A stretch of 64,000 nt of DNA, taken from positions 1,312,001-1,376,000 of the forward strand of contig CBDBCF010000001.1 of the NCBI GenBank assembly GCA_965202985.1. Reading direction: 5' to 3'. The position numbers and the translations under genes are program-made. Numbering within the stretch: position 1 is the first letter of the stretch; every line of letters begins with the position of its first letter. This document shows positions 1 through 10,044 of the stretch, one piece after another. The notes beneath the pieces are model-generated. The model saw only the letters and a list, made by a program, of their open reading frames with translations. It made no database searches and was not told where the DNA came from. Source of the stretch: Longimicrobiales bacterium. GTDB lineage: Bacteria; Gemmatimonadota; Gemmatimonadetes; Longimicrobiales; Gaopeijiaceae.

Positions 1-1538
1 CCTACGGGAACGCCGGCTGCGAAGAGCTGTCGGGGTCGCTCAAGCGCGAACAGTACGACAAGCCGCCGCTGGTTCCCCGGCAAGCACCGCTCGCGTCCCA
101 GTTCCGCAACTGGCTTCAGTACTTCGACTGGCAGTGGGCGCGCGGAATCGACGGAGAGGACGTGCTGTTCGGCGCGACGCGAGCGCCGTTCACGATCCTC
201 TTCGTGGTCTTGGGCATCTTCGGCATGGTGGAGCACTATCGCCGCGACAAGGCGAGTTGGGCCTACATGGCGTCGCTCTTTGTCGTTCTGTCCGCCGGGC
301 TGACGTACTACCTCAACTTCAAGTACGGGTACTCCATCTCCGCGCCCGTCAACGACCCGGACCTGCACGAAGTGCGCGAACGGGACTACTTCTTCGTCGC
401 AGGGTTCTCGGTGTGGGGGCTCTTGGCGGGCATCGGCGTCGCGGCGCTCTGGGAGCGCGTGGTGCGCAACCGGCGGCGCTCGCTGATCGTCGGGTCGCCG
501 GTGCTGGCGCTTGCGCTAATTCCGCTGATCTTCAACTTCGACCGCGCAAGCCGGACCGATGACTATTCCGCGCGGGACTGGGCGTACAACCTGCTCATGA
601 GCGTGGAGCCGTACGCCTTGCTGTTCACCAACGGCGACAACGACACGTTCCCCCTGTGGTATCTGCAAGAAGTCGAAGGCATCCGACGCGACGTGACGAT
701 CGCCGTGACCTCGTACTTGAACACCGACTGGTACGTCAAGCAGCTGCGGGACCTCACTCGTCCGTGCCAGCCCGGACAGAACCCGGAAGCGGAGCCGACG
801 CGGATCGTGTGCCAGCGTCCCTATACGGCCGACAACACCAACGCCGCCTACACGCACGATCCCACGGCGGCCCGGGGCGACGGCAAGGTGCCTCTCGTTC
901 TGGCGCAACCCGTCAGCCCGCCGACGCGCTCGGTCTTCCGCGAGAACTTGGACGACGAGACGATCGACCAAGTGGCGCAGAGCTGGGTCCGCCTGGAAGA
1001 GCCGCGGCGGATCGACTTGGGACCGTTCGTGGCCACGATGGCCGCCGACCAGTACATGTACCCTTGGCACCAGTTCGCGCTGGCTGCGATCGCGCAGTCG
1101 ATCGGCGATCGGCCCGTCTACTTTGCCTCCAGCGGCAGCACCGGCACCGCGTCCGCCTTCGGTCTGCGACCCCACTTGGTTCGCCAAGGCTTGGCGTTTC
1201 GCCTGTGGCCGGGCGACCCCGCCGAGCTGGCGTCGCAGGGAGTGCGTCGCAACACAGACACGTCCGCGCTGGCGGGCGTCGCAGGACCGTGGCTGGACAC
1301 GGAACGCACCCGCGTGCTGAACGAGGAAGTGTTCGTCCACCGGGGCGGCATCCCGGACGAATGGGACTACTGGCCGGACGGCTCCACGATCGGCATCCCG
1401 AACTACTACGCGTGGGCCTATTGGGGCCTGTACTACGACGCCGTGCAGCAAAACGACGAAGAAGCCGCCAGCCGATTCGTCAACCGCTTCAATGCGTGGA
1501 GCGAACTGGGGCGGCTGCCCGAGTCCGGGCAGAGGTAG
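1..1538 (+). CDS. DUF2723-domain membrane protein (GT-C/TMEM260-like glycosyltransferase), 5'-truncated by window edge
   Basis: Frame is open from position 3 (REQYDKP...YFDWQW). It has hydrophobic helices and the RERDYFF and FTNGDNDTFPLWYLQEVEG motifs typical of DUF2723. Confidence 0.8.
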   Translation, partial: YGNAGCEELSGSLKREQYDKPPLVPRQAPLASQFRNWLQYFDWQWARGIDGEDVLFGATRAPFTILFVVLGIFGMVEHYRRDKASWAYMASLFVVLSAGLTYYLNFKYGYSISAPVNDPDLHEVRERDYFFVAGFSVWGLLAGIGVAALWERVVRNRRRSLIVGSPVLALALIPLIFNFDRASRTDDYSARDWAYNLLMSVEPYALLFTNGDNDTFPLWYLQEVEGIRRDVTIAVTSYLNTDWYVKQLRDLTRPCQPGQNPEAEPTRIVCQRPYTADNTNAAYTHDPTAARGDGKVPLVLAQPVSPPTRSVFRENLDDETIDQVAQSWVRLEEPRRIDLGPFVATMAADQYMYPWHQFALAAIAQSIGDRPVYFASSGSTGTASAFGLRPHLVRQGLAFRLWPGDPAELASQGVRRNTDTSALAGVAGPWLDTERTRVLNEEVFVHRGGIPDEWDYWPDGSTIGIPNYYAWAYWGLYYDAVQQNDEEAASRFVNRFNAWSELGRLPESGQR

Positions 1539-1541
1539 CCG

Positions 1542-3290
1542 CTAGACGTACCCTTCGCGCTTCATGTGAAGCACGATGCGATGGGCGGCTTCTTCCGGCG
1601 ACGCGTGGGCCGTGTCGATGAGGATGTCGGCGTCGTCGGGCGCCTCGTAGGGGTCCGAAACGCCGGTGAAGGCGGAGACGATCCCGGCGCGGGCGCGGGC
1701 GTACAGACCTTTCGGATCACGCTGCTCGCAGACTTCCAGGGGCGTGGACACGTGGACCAGGACGAAGCCGCCGGCGGCGGCCTCCACCATGCGGCGGACG
1801 TCCTTGCGCACTTGGTCGTACGGGGCGATCGACGCGCACAACGCCACGCCGCCGTTCTTGGCGATCTCCGACGCGACGAACCCGATCCGCCGGATGTTCA
1901 GATCGCGGTGCTCCCTGGAGAAGGTCAGCTCGCTCGACAGGTGCCTGCGAACCACGTCGCCGTCCAGCAGCGTGACGGGCCGACCGCCCATCTCGCGGAA
2001 CTTCACCATCAACGCTCCGGCGATCGTGCTCTTGCCGGCGCCCGACAGGCCCGTGAAGAAGATCACGAACCCCCTCCGGCTGCGGGGCGGAACCGCCCGA
2101 CGCAGCTCCGCCTCGACCTCCGGGAAGGTGAACCAGGACGGGAGCGGCAAGTCCTGGCGCAACCGGCGTCGCATCTCCGTCCCCGAAAGGTGCACGGTGT
2201 CGGACGGGGCGCCGTCGGCCCCCGCGACGTCGCCGGCCTGCCGCACCGCGCCGCGCTTCCGGTCGTAGCGCATCTCCTTGAACGCCACCATCGCCACACC
2301 CAGCTCGGCTTCGTGTTCGCGCAAGAGCGCTTGGGCCTCGTACGGGTCGTAGAAGGGGACGCCGGAAGCGTCCTGGCCCGGCCCGGCGTGGTCGCGGCCC
2401 ACGATCAGGTGGGTGCAGCCGTAGTTCTTGCGCACGATGGCGTGCCAGAGGGCCTCTCGGGGGCCCGCCATCCGCATGGCCAGCGGCAGCAGCGACAGCA
2501 GAGCGATGCCCTCGGGGTAGGCCGACATGACGGCCTGGTAGCAACGAACCCGAGTGAAGTGGTCGAGGTCCCCCGGCAGGGTCTCGCCCACGACCGGATG
2601 CACGAGCAGGCTCGCCGCGGTCTCCTGCACCGCGCGGGTGGTCAGCTCGACGTGGGCCCGGTGCATCGGGTTGCGGGTCTGGAACGCCACCACGCGCCGC
2701 CACCCCATGCGCGCAAAGAGCGCCCGCAGTCCGGCCGGCGAGTGGCGCAGCGTCGGGTAGTCGTAGTGGATCGGCGGCCGCACGGCTTCCACCCTACCGC
2801 CGACCCGCACCGGCCCCGTCTGCTTGCGAAGCCGCGCCGCTCCCGCGTGCTGCTCCAAGTTCGCGCTCGCGCCCTCCGCCCGGCTTGCGAAGACCGCGTG
2901 CGCTTCCGCTTCGACGTCCGCCTCCCATATCTCTTCCGCGCGGAGCGCCGCCAGCAGCGTGCCCTGTTCGTCGCGCAACGCCACCCAGTCGCCCGGCGTC
3001 AGCTTGTCCGCCGTCGCGCGGCTCGCGTCCAGCGTCACGGGCACCGGCCAAAGGGCGCCGTCGGCCAAGCGCATCTCGGACAGCACGCGCTCGTAGTCGG
3101 GCCGAGTCATGAAGCCGCGCAACGGCGAGAAGCCCCCGTTCGCCAGGAGCTCCAAGTCGCAGAGCTGCCGGCGGTTCAGGTCTATGGACAGCCAGTCGCG
3201 CGACGCCTTCGCGATCTCTTCGCGGCGCTCGGCGTCCGCTTGCAGGTCCACCAGCGCTCCCCCGTGGGGCAATACCAGTCGGCCGCTCAC
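1542..3290 (-). CDS. sat: Bifunctional sulfate adenylyltransferase / adenylylsulfate kinase
   Basis: GTG start overlaps the upstream stop (GTGA). ATP sulfurylase motifs PHGG, FQTRNPMHRAH and GRDHAG; C-terminal CysC P-loop GLSGAGKST and RDPKGLY. Confidence 0.93.
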   Translation of the reverse strand: MSGRLVLPHGGALVDLQADAERREEIAKASRDWLSIDLNRRQLCDLELLANGGFSPLRGFMTRPDYERVLSEMRLADGALWPVPVTLDASRATADKLTPGDWVALRDEQGTLLAALRAEEIWEADVEAEAHAVFASRAEGASANLEQHAGAARLRKQTGPVRVGGRVEAVRPPIHYDYPTLRHSPAGLRALFARMGWRRVVAFQTRNPMHRAHVELTTRAVQETAASLLVHPVVGETLPGDLDHFTRVRCYQAVMSAYPEGIALLSLLPLAMRMAGPREALWHAIVRKNYGCTHLIVGRDHAGPGQDASGVPFYDPYEAQALLREHEAELGVAMVAFKEMRYDRKRGAVRQAGDVAGADGAPSDTVHLSGTEMRRRLRQDLPLPSWFTFPEVEAELRRAVPPRSRRGFVIFFTGLSGAGKSTIAGALMVKFREMGGRPVTLLDGDVVRRHLSSELTFSREHRDLNIRRIGFVASEIAKNGGVALCASIAPYDQVRKDVRRMVEAAAGGFVLVHVSTPLEVCEQRDPKGLYARARAGIVSAFTGVSDPYEAPDDADILIDTAHASPEEAAHRIVLHMKREGYV

Positions 3291-4566
3291 TCCGGCCCTC
3301 CCCCCTGACCGCCGGGGACGCCGGCCCCGATCTCCGCCGTCGCCGCGCCCACAGCGCTTGCGGCGTCGGCAGCCATGTAGCCCTCCCGTCCGTCGGCCGC
3401 GCGCACCCGGTACCACGACCCCGCGACGCCGGCCGTCCGGGCGGCGCCCACGACCCGCAGCTCCTCGTCCGACGACAGGGTCGCGAGCACGCCGCTCTCG
3501 GTCCCCGGGGCCGTTCGCAGCCGCACGCCCGCGGTCGCGGGCTGCACGCGAAGCCCCATCAGTGCCCGGTCCGCAGACGACCGAGGCAGCACGCCCCTGG
3601 GCGGTTCCAGGAAGGGATACGGGTCCACGGCTCCTTCGCGCTGCCGGTAAACGCCGAAGTGAAGGTGCGGGGGCGTGGTCCTGGCGTTGCCGGTGTTGCC
3701 CACGAACCCCAGCGTGTCGCCCGTCTCCACGCCCTGCCCAGGCCGGACGTGCTGACTGTCCAGATGCGCGTAGTAGATGCGCGACATGCGAACCGAGTCC
3801 TGCACCCACACCACCTTGCCGCCCATGGGCGTGTCGGACACCCGGGCGACCTCTCCCCCGGACGCGGCCAGCACCGGCGTGCCCCGCGGCGCGAAGATGT
3901 CCACGCCCTTGTGGATGCGCCGCCCCCCGTCCCGAGGCGCGCCGAAGAGGCTCCCCACGTCGTTGGGTCCCGCTCCCTCCACCGGGAACGCCAGTTGGGC
4001 CTCCTGGCGAAGGATCACCCGGTACCTCCCTCCTCGGAGCAACTCCGGCTGCACGCGAAGCAGGTAGTCGCCTCCGCGCCAGGGCTCGTGCTCGAAGGTG
4101 TGGGCGGCGGCGCCGGAGAGCGCTTCGGCGGAGTGGACGGATCTGGGCGGGTCGCCCTCGTTGGCAGGCAGGCGGAAGAGGTCCACGAAGAGCCGGGCGT
4201 CTTCGTCCGACTCCAACGTCGCGAGCACCAGCAGCTTGCGTCCGCGCGGCAGCTGCAACCGGTAGGCCGCGGCGGCAGGCGTCTCGGGCGTGATGATGCC
4301 CTCCTCCTGAAACGGCAGGGCCACGGGCGCCGGGGTCTCCAGGACCTGCCATCCCGCGGCGGCCCAGTCCCGCGCCAGCGCGGTCTCGGCCAGTCCCGCG
4401 GCCGCCAGCGACGCGCCGTAGGCTTCGTGGGGCGTGAGATCGCGGAACCGGTCCGCGAACTGCTCGGCGGACTCGCAGGCCGTCAGCGCCGTCGTCGCCG
4501 CCATCGCGCCGACGGTCCCGCGCCTCCCGAACCGCAGGCGCCGCTGCACCGGAGACCCCTTCGACA

Positions 4567-4567
<1 letters not shown>
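3287..4567 (-). CDS. M23 family metallopeptidase lipoprotein with C-terminal SH3-like domain
   Basis: Lipobox-like TALTAC; M23 zinc motifs HKGVD, YYAHL and HLHFG; C-terminal VRLRTAPGT...WYRVR resembles SH3b. Confidence 0.85.
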
Positions 4568-6174
<1,607 letters not shown>

Positions 6175-6413
6175 GGAGCGACAACGATCATGGGGTGGAC
6201 CAAGGCTGATCGAGCGGAACGGTTTTCGGATGACGGGGACTCGCGAGGTCTTGTCGCGAGTCGTTTGGGCTTGCCCTTCAATCTGGCCCCGCCGGGTCCG
6301 GGCGTCTACGCCGGACGCGAGCGATCCTCCCCCGCGCCGCTCCACTTGGCCGCTCCGGTTCCGCCGGTAGCTTTCGGAATGCCCGAACGCGAATCCATCC
6401 GCTGCTTCCAGTC

Positions 6414-8255
6414 TTGACCCGACGCCTCTTCCGACGGCCCGCAGCAGCAGCGACGGCGGTGGCAGCGTTGACGGCCTGGGCGATCATGGGCGCAGGCTCT
6501 AGGGGGCTTCGGGCCCAGACGGCGACGGGAGAGCCGTCGGCTGGGGGGTGCTCCGGTTCGACCGTCGGCGAGATCCGGGTGGAGAACCGATCGGTCTTCC
6601 ACTTCGACGAGCGGGAGCCCGCGGGCCGCCTCCAAAGGCTTGTCCGCTTCGTGTCGAACCGGCTGCACCGGCGCACGCGCCGCGGCTTCCTGGAAGACGA
6701 GCTTCTCTTCCGGGTCGGGGACTGCGTGGACCCGTTGCGGATCTCGGAGTCGGCCAGGATCCTCCGGGCCTATCCGTTCATCGCCGAAGCCAGCGTGCGC
6801 GTGGTGGACGAACCAGCGCCGGACCAAGCGTCCGCCGCCCGGTCCGTCGTCGTCGAGACCCAGGACGAATGGACGTTGAAGCTCAATGTGCTGCCCAAGC
6901 TCCGGGGCGGCTTCGGCTTCACCCGCGCCGAGCTCGCCGAGGAAAGCTTGTGGGGCACGGGCACGAGGCTGGGCTTTTTCTGGCGCGAGCGAGACGAGCA
7001 GCGGGACCTGGGAGCGGCGCTGGGCACGCCCCGGCTCTTCGGCACGCGCTTGGACGGCGCGCTCACGGGCGGTCGGACCCGCACCGGCGTCTTCTTCGAG
7101 GAGTCGCTGGCCTACCCGTTCACGGGCGAAGTGGGGAAGTACGCGTTCGTCGAGTCGTTCTCCAGGCGCGAGGGCCTGTTCTCGTTCGCGGCGCCGGAGG
7201 GGCTGCCGTTCACTCACGCGATCTTGCCCATGGAGAGCCGCCGGGCCGCCGCAACGCTGGGAATGCGGACGGGCGAGCCCGGCGACTTCGCGATCTTCGC
7301 CGCCGGCGTGGCTTGGGAGGACGTGTCGTTCGGGGACTTCCCGGACGGCGTGGAGGTCGTTCCGGGCCTGGACTTCTCCGTGCGCGAAGCCGCCGACCCC
7401 GAGACCGTCACGCTCCTGCGGCCCCACGCGGTGGCCCGAAGCGCCACCCGCGCCCTGTTACTGCTCGGGAAGCGCAACATCCGGTACGTGGCGCGCAGAG
7501 GGCTGGACGCGATCCGAGGCGAGCAGGACGTGGCCACCGGCGCTCAGGCGCTCGCTACCGTCGGGACCACCTTGGGCGGGTCCTGGTTTCGGGACTACCA
7601 GGCTCGCTTGTCGCTCTTCGCCGGTGCTGCCGGGCCCGCCTGGGTGTTCAACTCCAGCCTGGGGCTCGAGGGTGCCCGCCGGGGCGACCAGCCGTCCGTC
7701 CGCGACGTGCTGGGCGAGTTCGACGCCTACTTCTACTGGCAACCCGACCGCGCCCCTCGCCAAACCCTGGTTGCCCACCTCTCGGGGTCCGGCGGCTGGA
7801 ACAACTCCGTGCCGTTCCAGCTGACGTTGGGAAGCCCGACCGGAGGCATCCGCGGGCTCGCCCCGGAGGACTTCCCAGCCGGCCGCCGAGTCGTGCTGAA
7901 CCTGGAGGACCGAATCGCGTTGGACGGCCCGTTTGCCGATCTGCTGGACGTGGGGGTAGCCGTGTTCATGGACGCCGGCGCCGTGTGGCAGGGCGACGCC
8001 CCCTTCGGCGTCAACTCGGGGTTGCGGGTCTCCGCGGGCGCCGGGTTGCGGTTCGGCTTCCCTCCCGGCACGCGCAACGTCTACGGACTGGACGTGGCCG
8101 TGCCGTTCGGGGGCGAGGGTCTGCGCGGCGTGCGCCTCCACATGGGCGTCTCGCAAGTGGCCAGCCTCCTGGAAGGCTTCGGGCACCGCCAAGTCCGCCG
8201 GAGCCGGACCGTTCGGACGCCCGAGGCCGTGTTCGGCGGCCGCTTGGCCCGGTGA
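6414..8255 (+). CDS. BamA/TamA (Omp85)-like outer-membrane protein with POTRA-like N-terminus
   Basis: Signal peptide; ELLFRVGD...ESARILR POTRA-like segment; C-terminal barrel motifs GIRG, FMDAGAVW, GAGLRFG and DVAVP. Confidence 0.7.
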   Translation: MTRRLFRRPAAAATAVAALTAWAIMGAGSRGLRAQTATGEPSAGGCSGSTVGEIRVENRSVFHFDEREPAGRLQRLVRFVSNRLHRRTRRGFLEDELLFRVGDCVDPLRISESARILRAYPFIAEASVRVVDEPAPDQASAARSVVVETQDEWTLKLNVLPKLRGGFGFTRAELAEESLWGTGTRLGFFWRERDEQRDLGAALGTPRLFGTRLDGALTGGRTRTGVFFEESLAYPFTGEVGKYAFVESFSRREGLFSFAAPEGLPFTHAILPMESRRAAATLGMRTGEPGDFAIFAAGVAWEDVSFGDFPDGVEVVPGLDFSVREAADPETVTLLRPHAVARSATRALLLLGKRNIRYVARRGLDAIRGEQDVATGAQALATVGTTLGGSWFRDYQARLSLFAGAAGPAWVFNSSLGLEGARRGDQPSVRDVLGEFDAYFYWQPDRAPRQTLVAHLSGSGGWNNSVPFQLTLGSPTGGIRGLAPEDFPAGRRVVLNLEDRIALDGPFADLLDVGVAVFMDAGAVWQGDAPFGVNSGLRVSAGAGLRFGFPPGTRNVYGLDVAVPFGGEGLRGVRLHMGVSQVASLLEGFGHRQVRRSRTVRTPEAVFGGRLAR

Positions 8256-8315
8256 TCCCCTCCTCGGACGCGCTGGTCGCGACGGGAAGAACATTCGTAG
8301 TCCCCGAAAAAACAT

Positions 8316-8344
8316 TTGACTTCCGGGAGGCGGAGTCGTAAACT
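8316..8344 (+). promoter_or_regulatory. sigma70-type promoter of the sigma factor gene
   Basis: TTGACT (8316-8321), 17-nt spacer, TAAACT (8339-8344), with an A-tract upstream; AGGAGG RBS precedes the TTG at 8449. Confidence 0.7.
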
Positions 8345-8448
8345 GTCGTCGCTCAGGGGCTCCGCGGGGCGCGGGCCGACATCGACGCGGTCGCGACGCC
8401 TCCGGGGCTGGAGCCCATCGTTCATTTCGTCCCGACAGGAGGAAGGCC

Positions 8449-9309
8449 TTGTTTGCAAGCTCGCGGGGTTTGGACTCGTTTGACCAGTACCTGCAGGACG
8501 TGGAGCGCTATCCCCTGATCTCGGACCCGGAAGAGGAGCGGGACTTGGCCCGCCGGGCTCGGGCCGGCGACAAGGAGGCGGCGGAACGGCTGGTGACCGC
8601 AAACCTGCGCTTCGTGATCTCCTACGTGAAGAAGTACCAGGGTCGGGGGCTGGGCCTTTCGGAGCTGGTGTGCATCGGGAACGAAGGCCTGCTGAAGGCC
8701 GTCAAGAAGTTCGACCCCGACAAGGGAGTCAAGTTCATCTCCTACGCCGTTTGGTGGATCCGCCAGACGGTGCTTCAAGCGCTCGCCGAGCAGACCCGCT
8801 CGGTGCGGATTCCGCTGAATCAGAACTCCAATCTGGCCCGGCTGGCGCGCACGACAACCGCCCTCACGCAGCAGCTTGGCCGCACCCCCACCGATCAGGA
8901 GCTGGCCCAAGAGATGCGCGAGCCGATCGACACGGTGCGGGCGTTGCGCCGTGTGGCGGCGGCGGAGATCAGCCTGGACGCGCCCATGGACCGGGGCGAC
9001 CGGGACAGCGCGAACTACGGGGAGCGGTTCGCCGGCACCGGGGCCGCCGAGATCGAGGAAGACGCAGAGGCCCGCATCCGCCGCAACTACATCGAAGAGA
9101 TGTTCGACGCCTACCTGACGGAGCGGGAGAGGAAGATCCTCTACCTGTACTACGGTCTGGACGACGGCGAAGAGCGGACGCTGGAGGACATCGGCCGCCT
9201 CCTCGGCGTGACGCGAGAACGGATTCGCCAGATCAGGAACCGCGCCTTCGAGAAGCTCCGGGAGAGCCCCCAGGGCGAGTCCCTGTCCGGGTTCTGGAAC
9301 GCGAACTAA
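8449..9309 (+). CDS. RNA polymerase sigma factor, RpoD/SigA family (short form, no region 1.1)
   Basis: ANLRFVISYVKKYQGRG, KFDPDKGVKFISYAVWWIRQ and region 4 TLEDIG...VTRERIRQI. Confidence 0.93.
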   Translation: MFASSRGLDSFDQYLQDVERYPLISDPEEERDLARRARAGDKEAAERLVTANLRFVISYVKKYQGRGLGLSELVCIGNEGLLKAVKKFDPDKGVKFISYAVWWIRQTVLQALAEQTRSVRIPLNQNSNLARLARTTTALTQQLGRTPTDQELAQEMREPIDTVRALRRVAAAEISLDAPMDRGDRDSANYGERFAGTGAAEIEEDAEARIRRNYIEEMFDAYLTERERKILYLYYGLDDGEERTLEDIGRLLGVTRERIRQIRNRAFEKLRESPQGESLSGFWNAN

Positions 9310-9351
9310 CCGCCTGGAACCGGGGACCGCTCGGGCCTCCATCGGCCCCCC

Positions 9352-9402
9352 AACGGGAGCCGGCGACGCGACCTGAAGCGTCGCCGGCTCCGTTCTTGTT
9401 TT
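9352..9402 (+). terminator. Rho-independent terminator
   Basis: Perfect 14-bp stem GGAGCCGGCGACGC/GCGTCGCCGGCTCC with 8-nt loop, followed by GTTCTTGTTTT; lies between convergent genes. Confidence 0.85.
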
Positions 9403-9430
9403 GCGACCGCCGGCGTGCCGGCGCGAGAGG

Positions 9431-9769
9431 TCAGTCGTCGGCGTTCTTGGGGGTCAGCATGACCATCTCCCGGGCCCTAACTTCGGCCGTGGGGATGGTC
9501 ACGCCGTCTCGTTCGTAGGAGTCGTACCGCAGATACCCCTCCACGAAGAGCTTGTCGCCCTTGGACACGTAGTCCTCGGCCACTTGGGCGAGCCTTCCCC
9601 AGAGGTTCACGCGGTGCCAGTCGGTGCGCTCCTCCGGGTCGTCTCCCCCGGTGCGCCAGTTCGTGGCCAGCGAGATGCGGGCCACCTTCACCCCGGCGCT
9701 GGTCAGGCGCACCTCCGGGTCGTTGCCCACGTTCCCCACGAGAATGATCTTGTTCACCGTTCGGCTCAC
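9431..9769 (-). CDS. ssb: Single-stranded DNA-binding protein (OB fold only, 112 aa)
   Basis: AAAGGAGG RBS and GTG start; VNKIILVGNVGNDPE, TDWHRV and KGDKLFVEG. Confidence 0.92.
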   Translation of the reverse strand: MSRTVNKIILVGNVGNDPEVRLTSAGVKVARISLATNWRTGGDDPEERTDWHRVNLWGRLAQVAEDYVSKGDKLFVEGYLRYDSYERDGVTIPTAEVRAREMVMLTPKNADD

Positions 9770-10044
9770 GGTCGTTCCTCCTTTGTCCGCGAGTCCGGGC
9801 GGCCGGGGCGTCGCGGATTTCGGCCGCCGGCGGAGCCCGAGAATGGGTGGAACCAGCAAGATCGGTTCCGATTTCGGGCGCTTACATGGATGGATCGGCC
9901 CGACTTTCCCGAACCCGGTCCGGGCTACGTATTCATTGGGGTTTCGGGATGCATCGCGGCCGCGTCCGACGCCCCCGGTGGACCGGCGCACCCCCGTTCC
10001 GCAACTGAGCGCCTCCTTCTCGGGGCCCGCGGACCGGGACCTCC

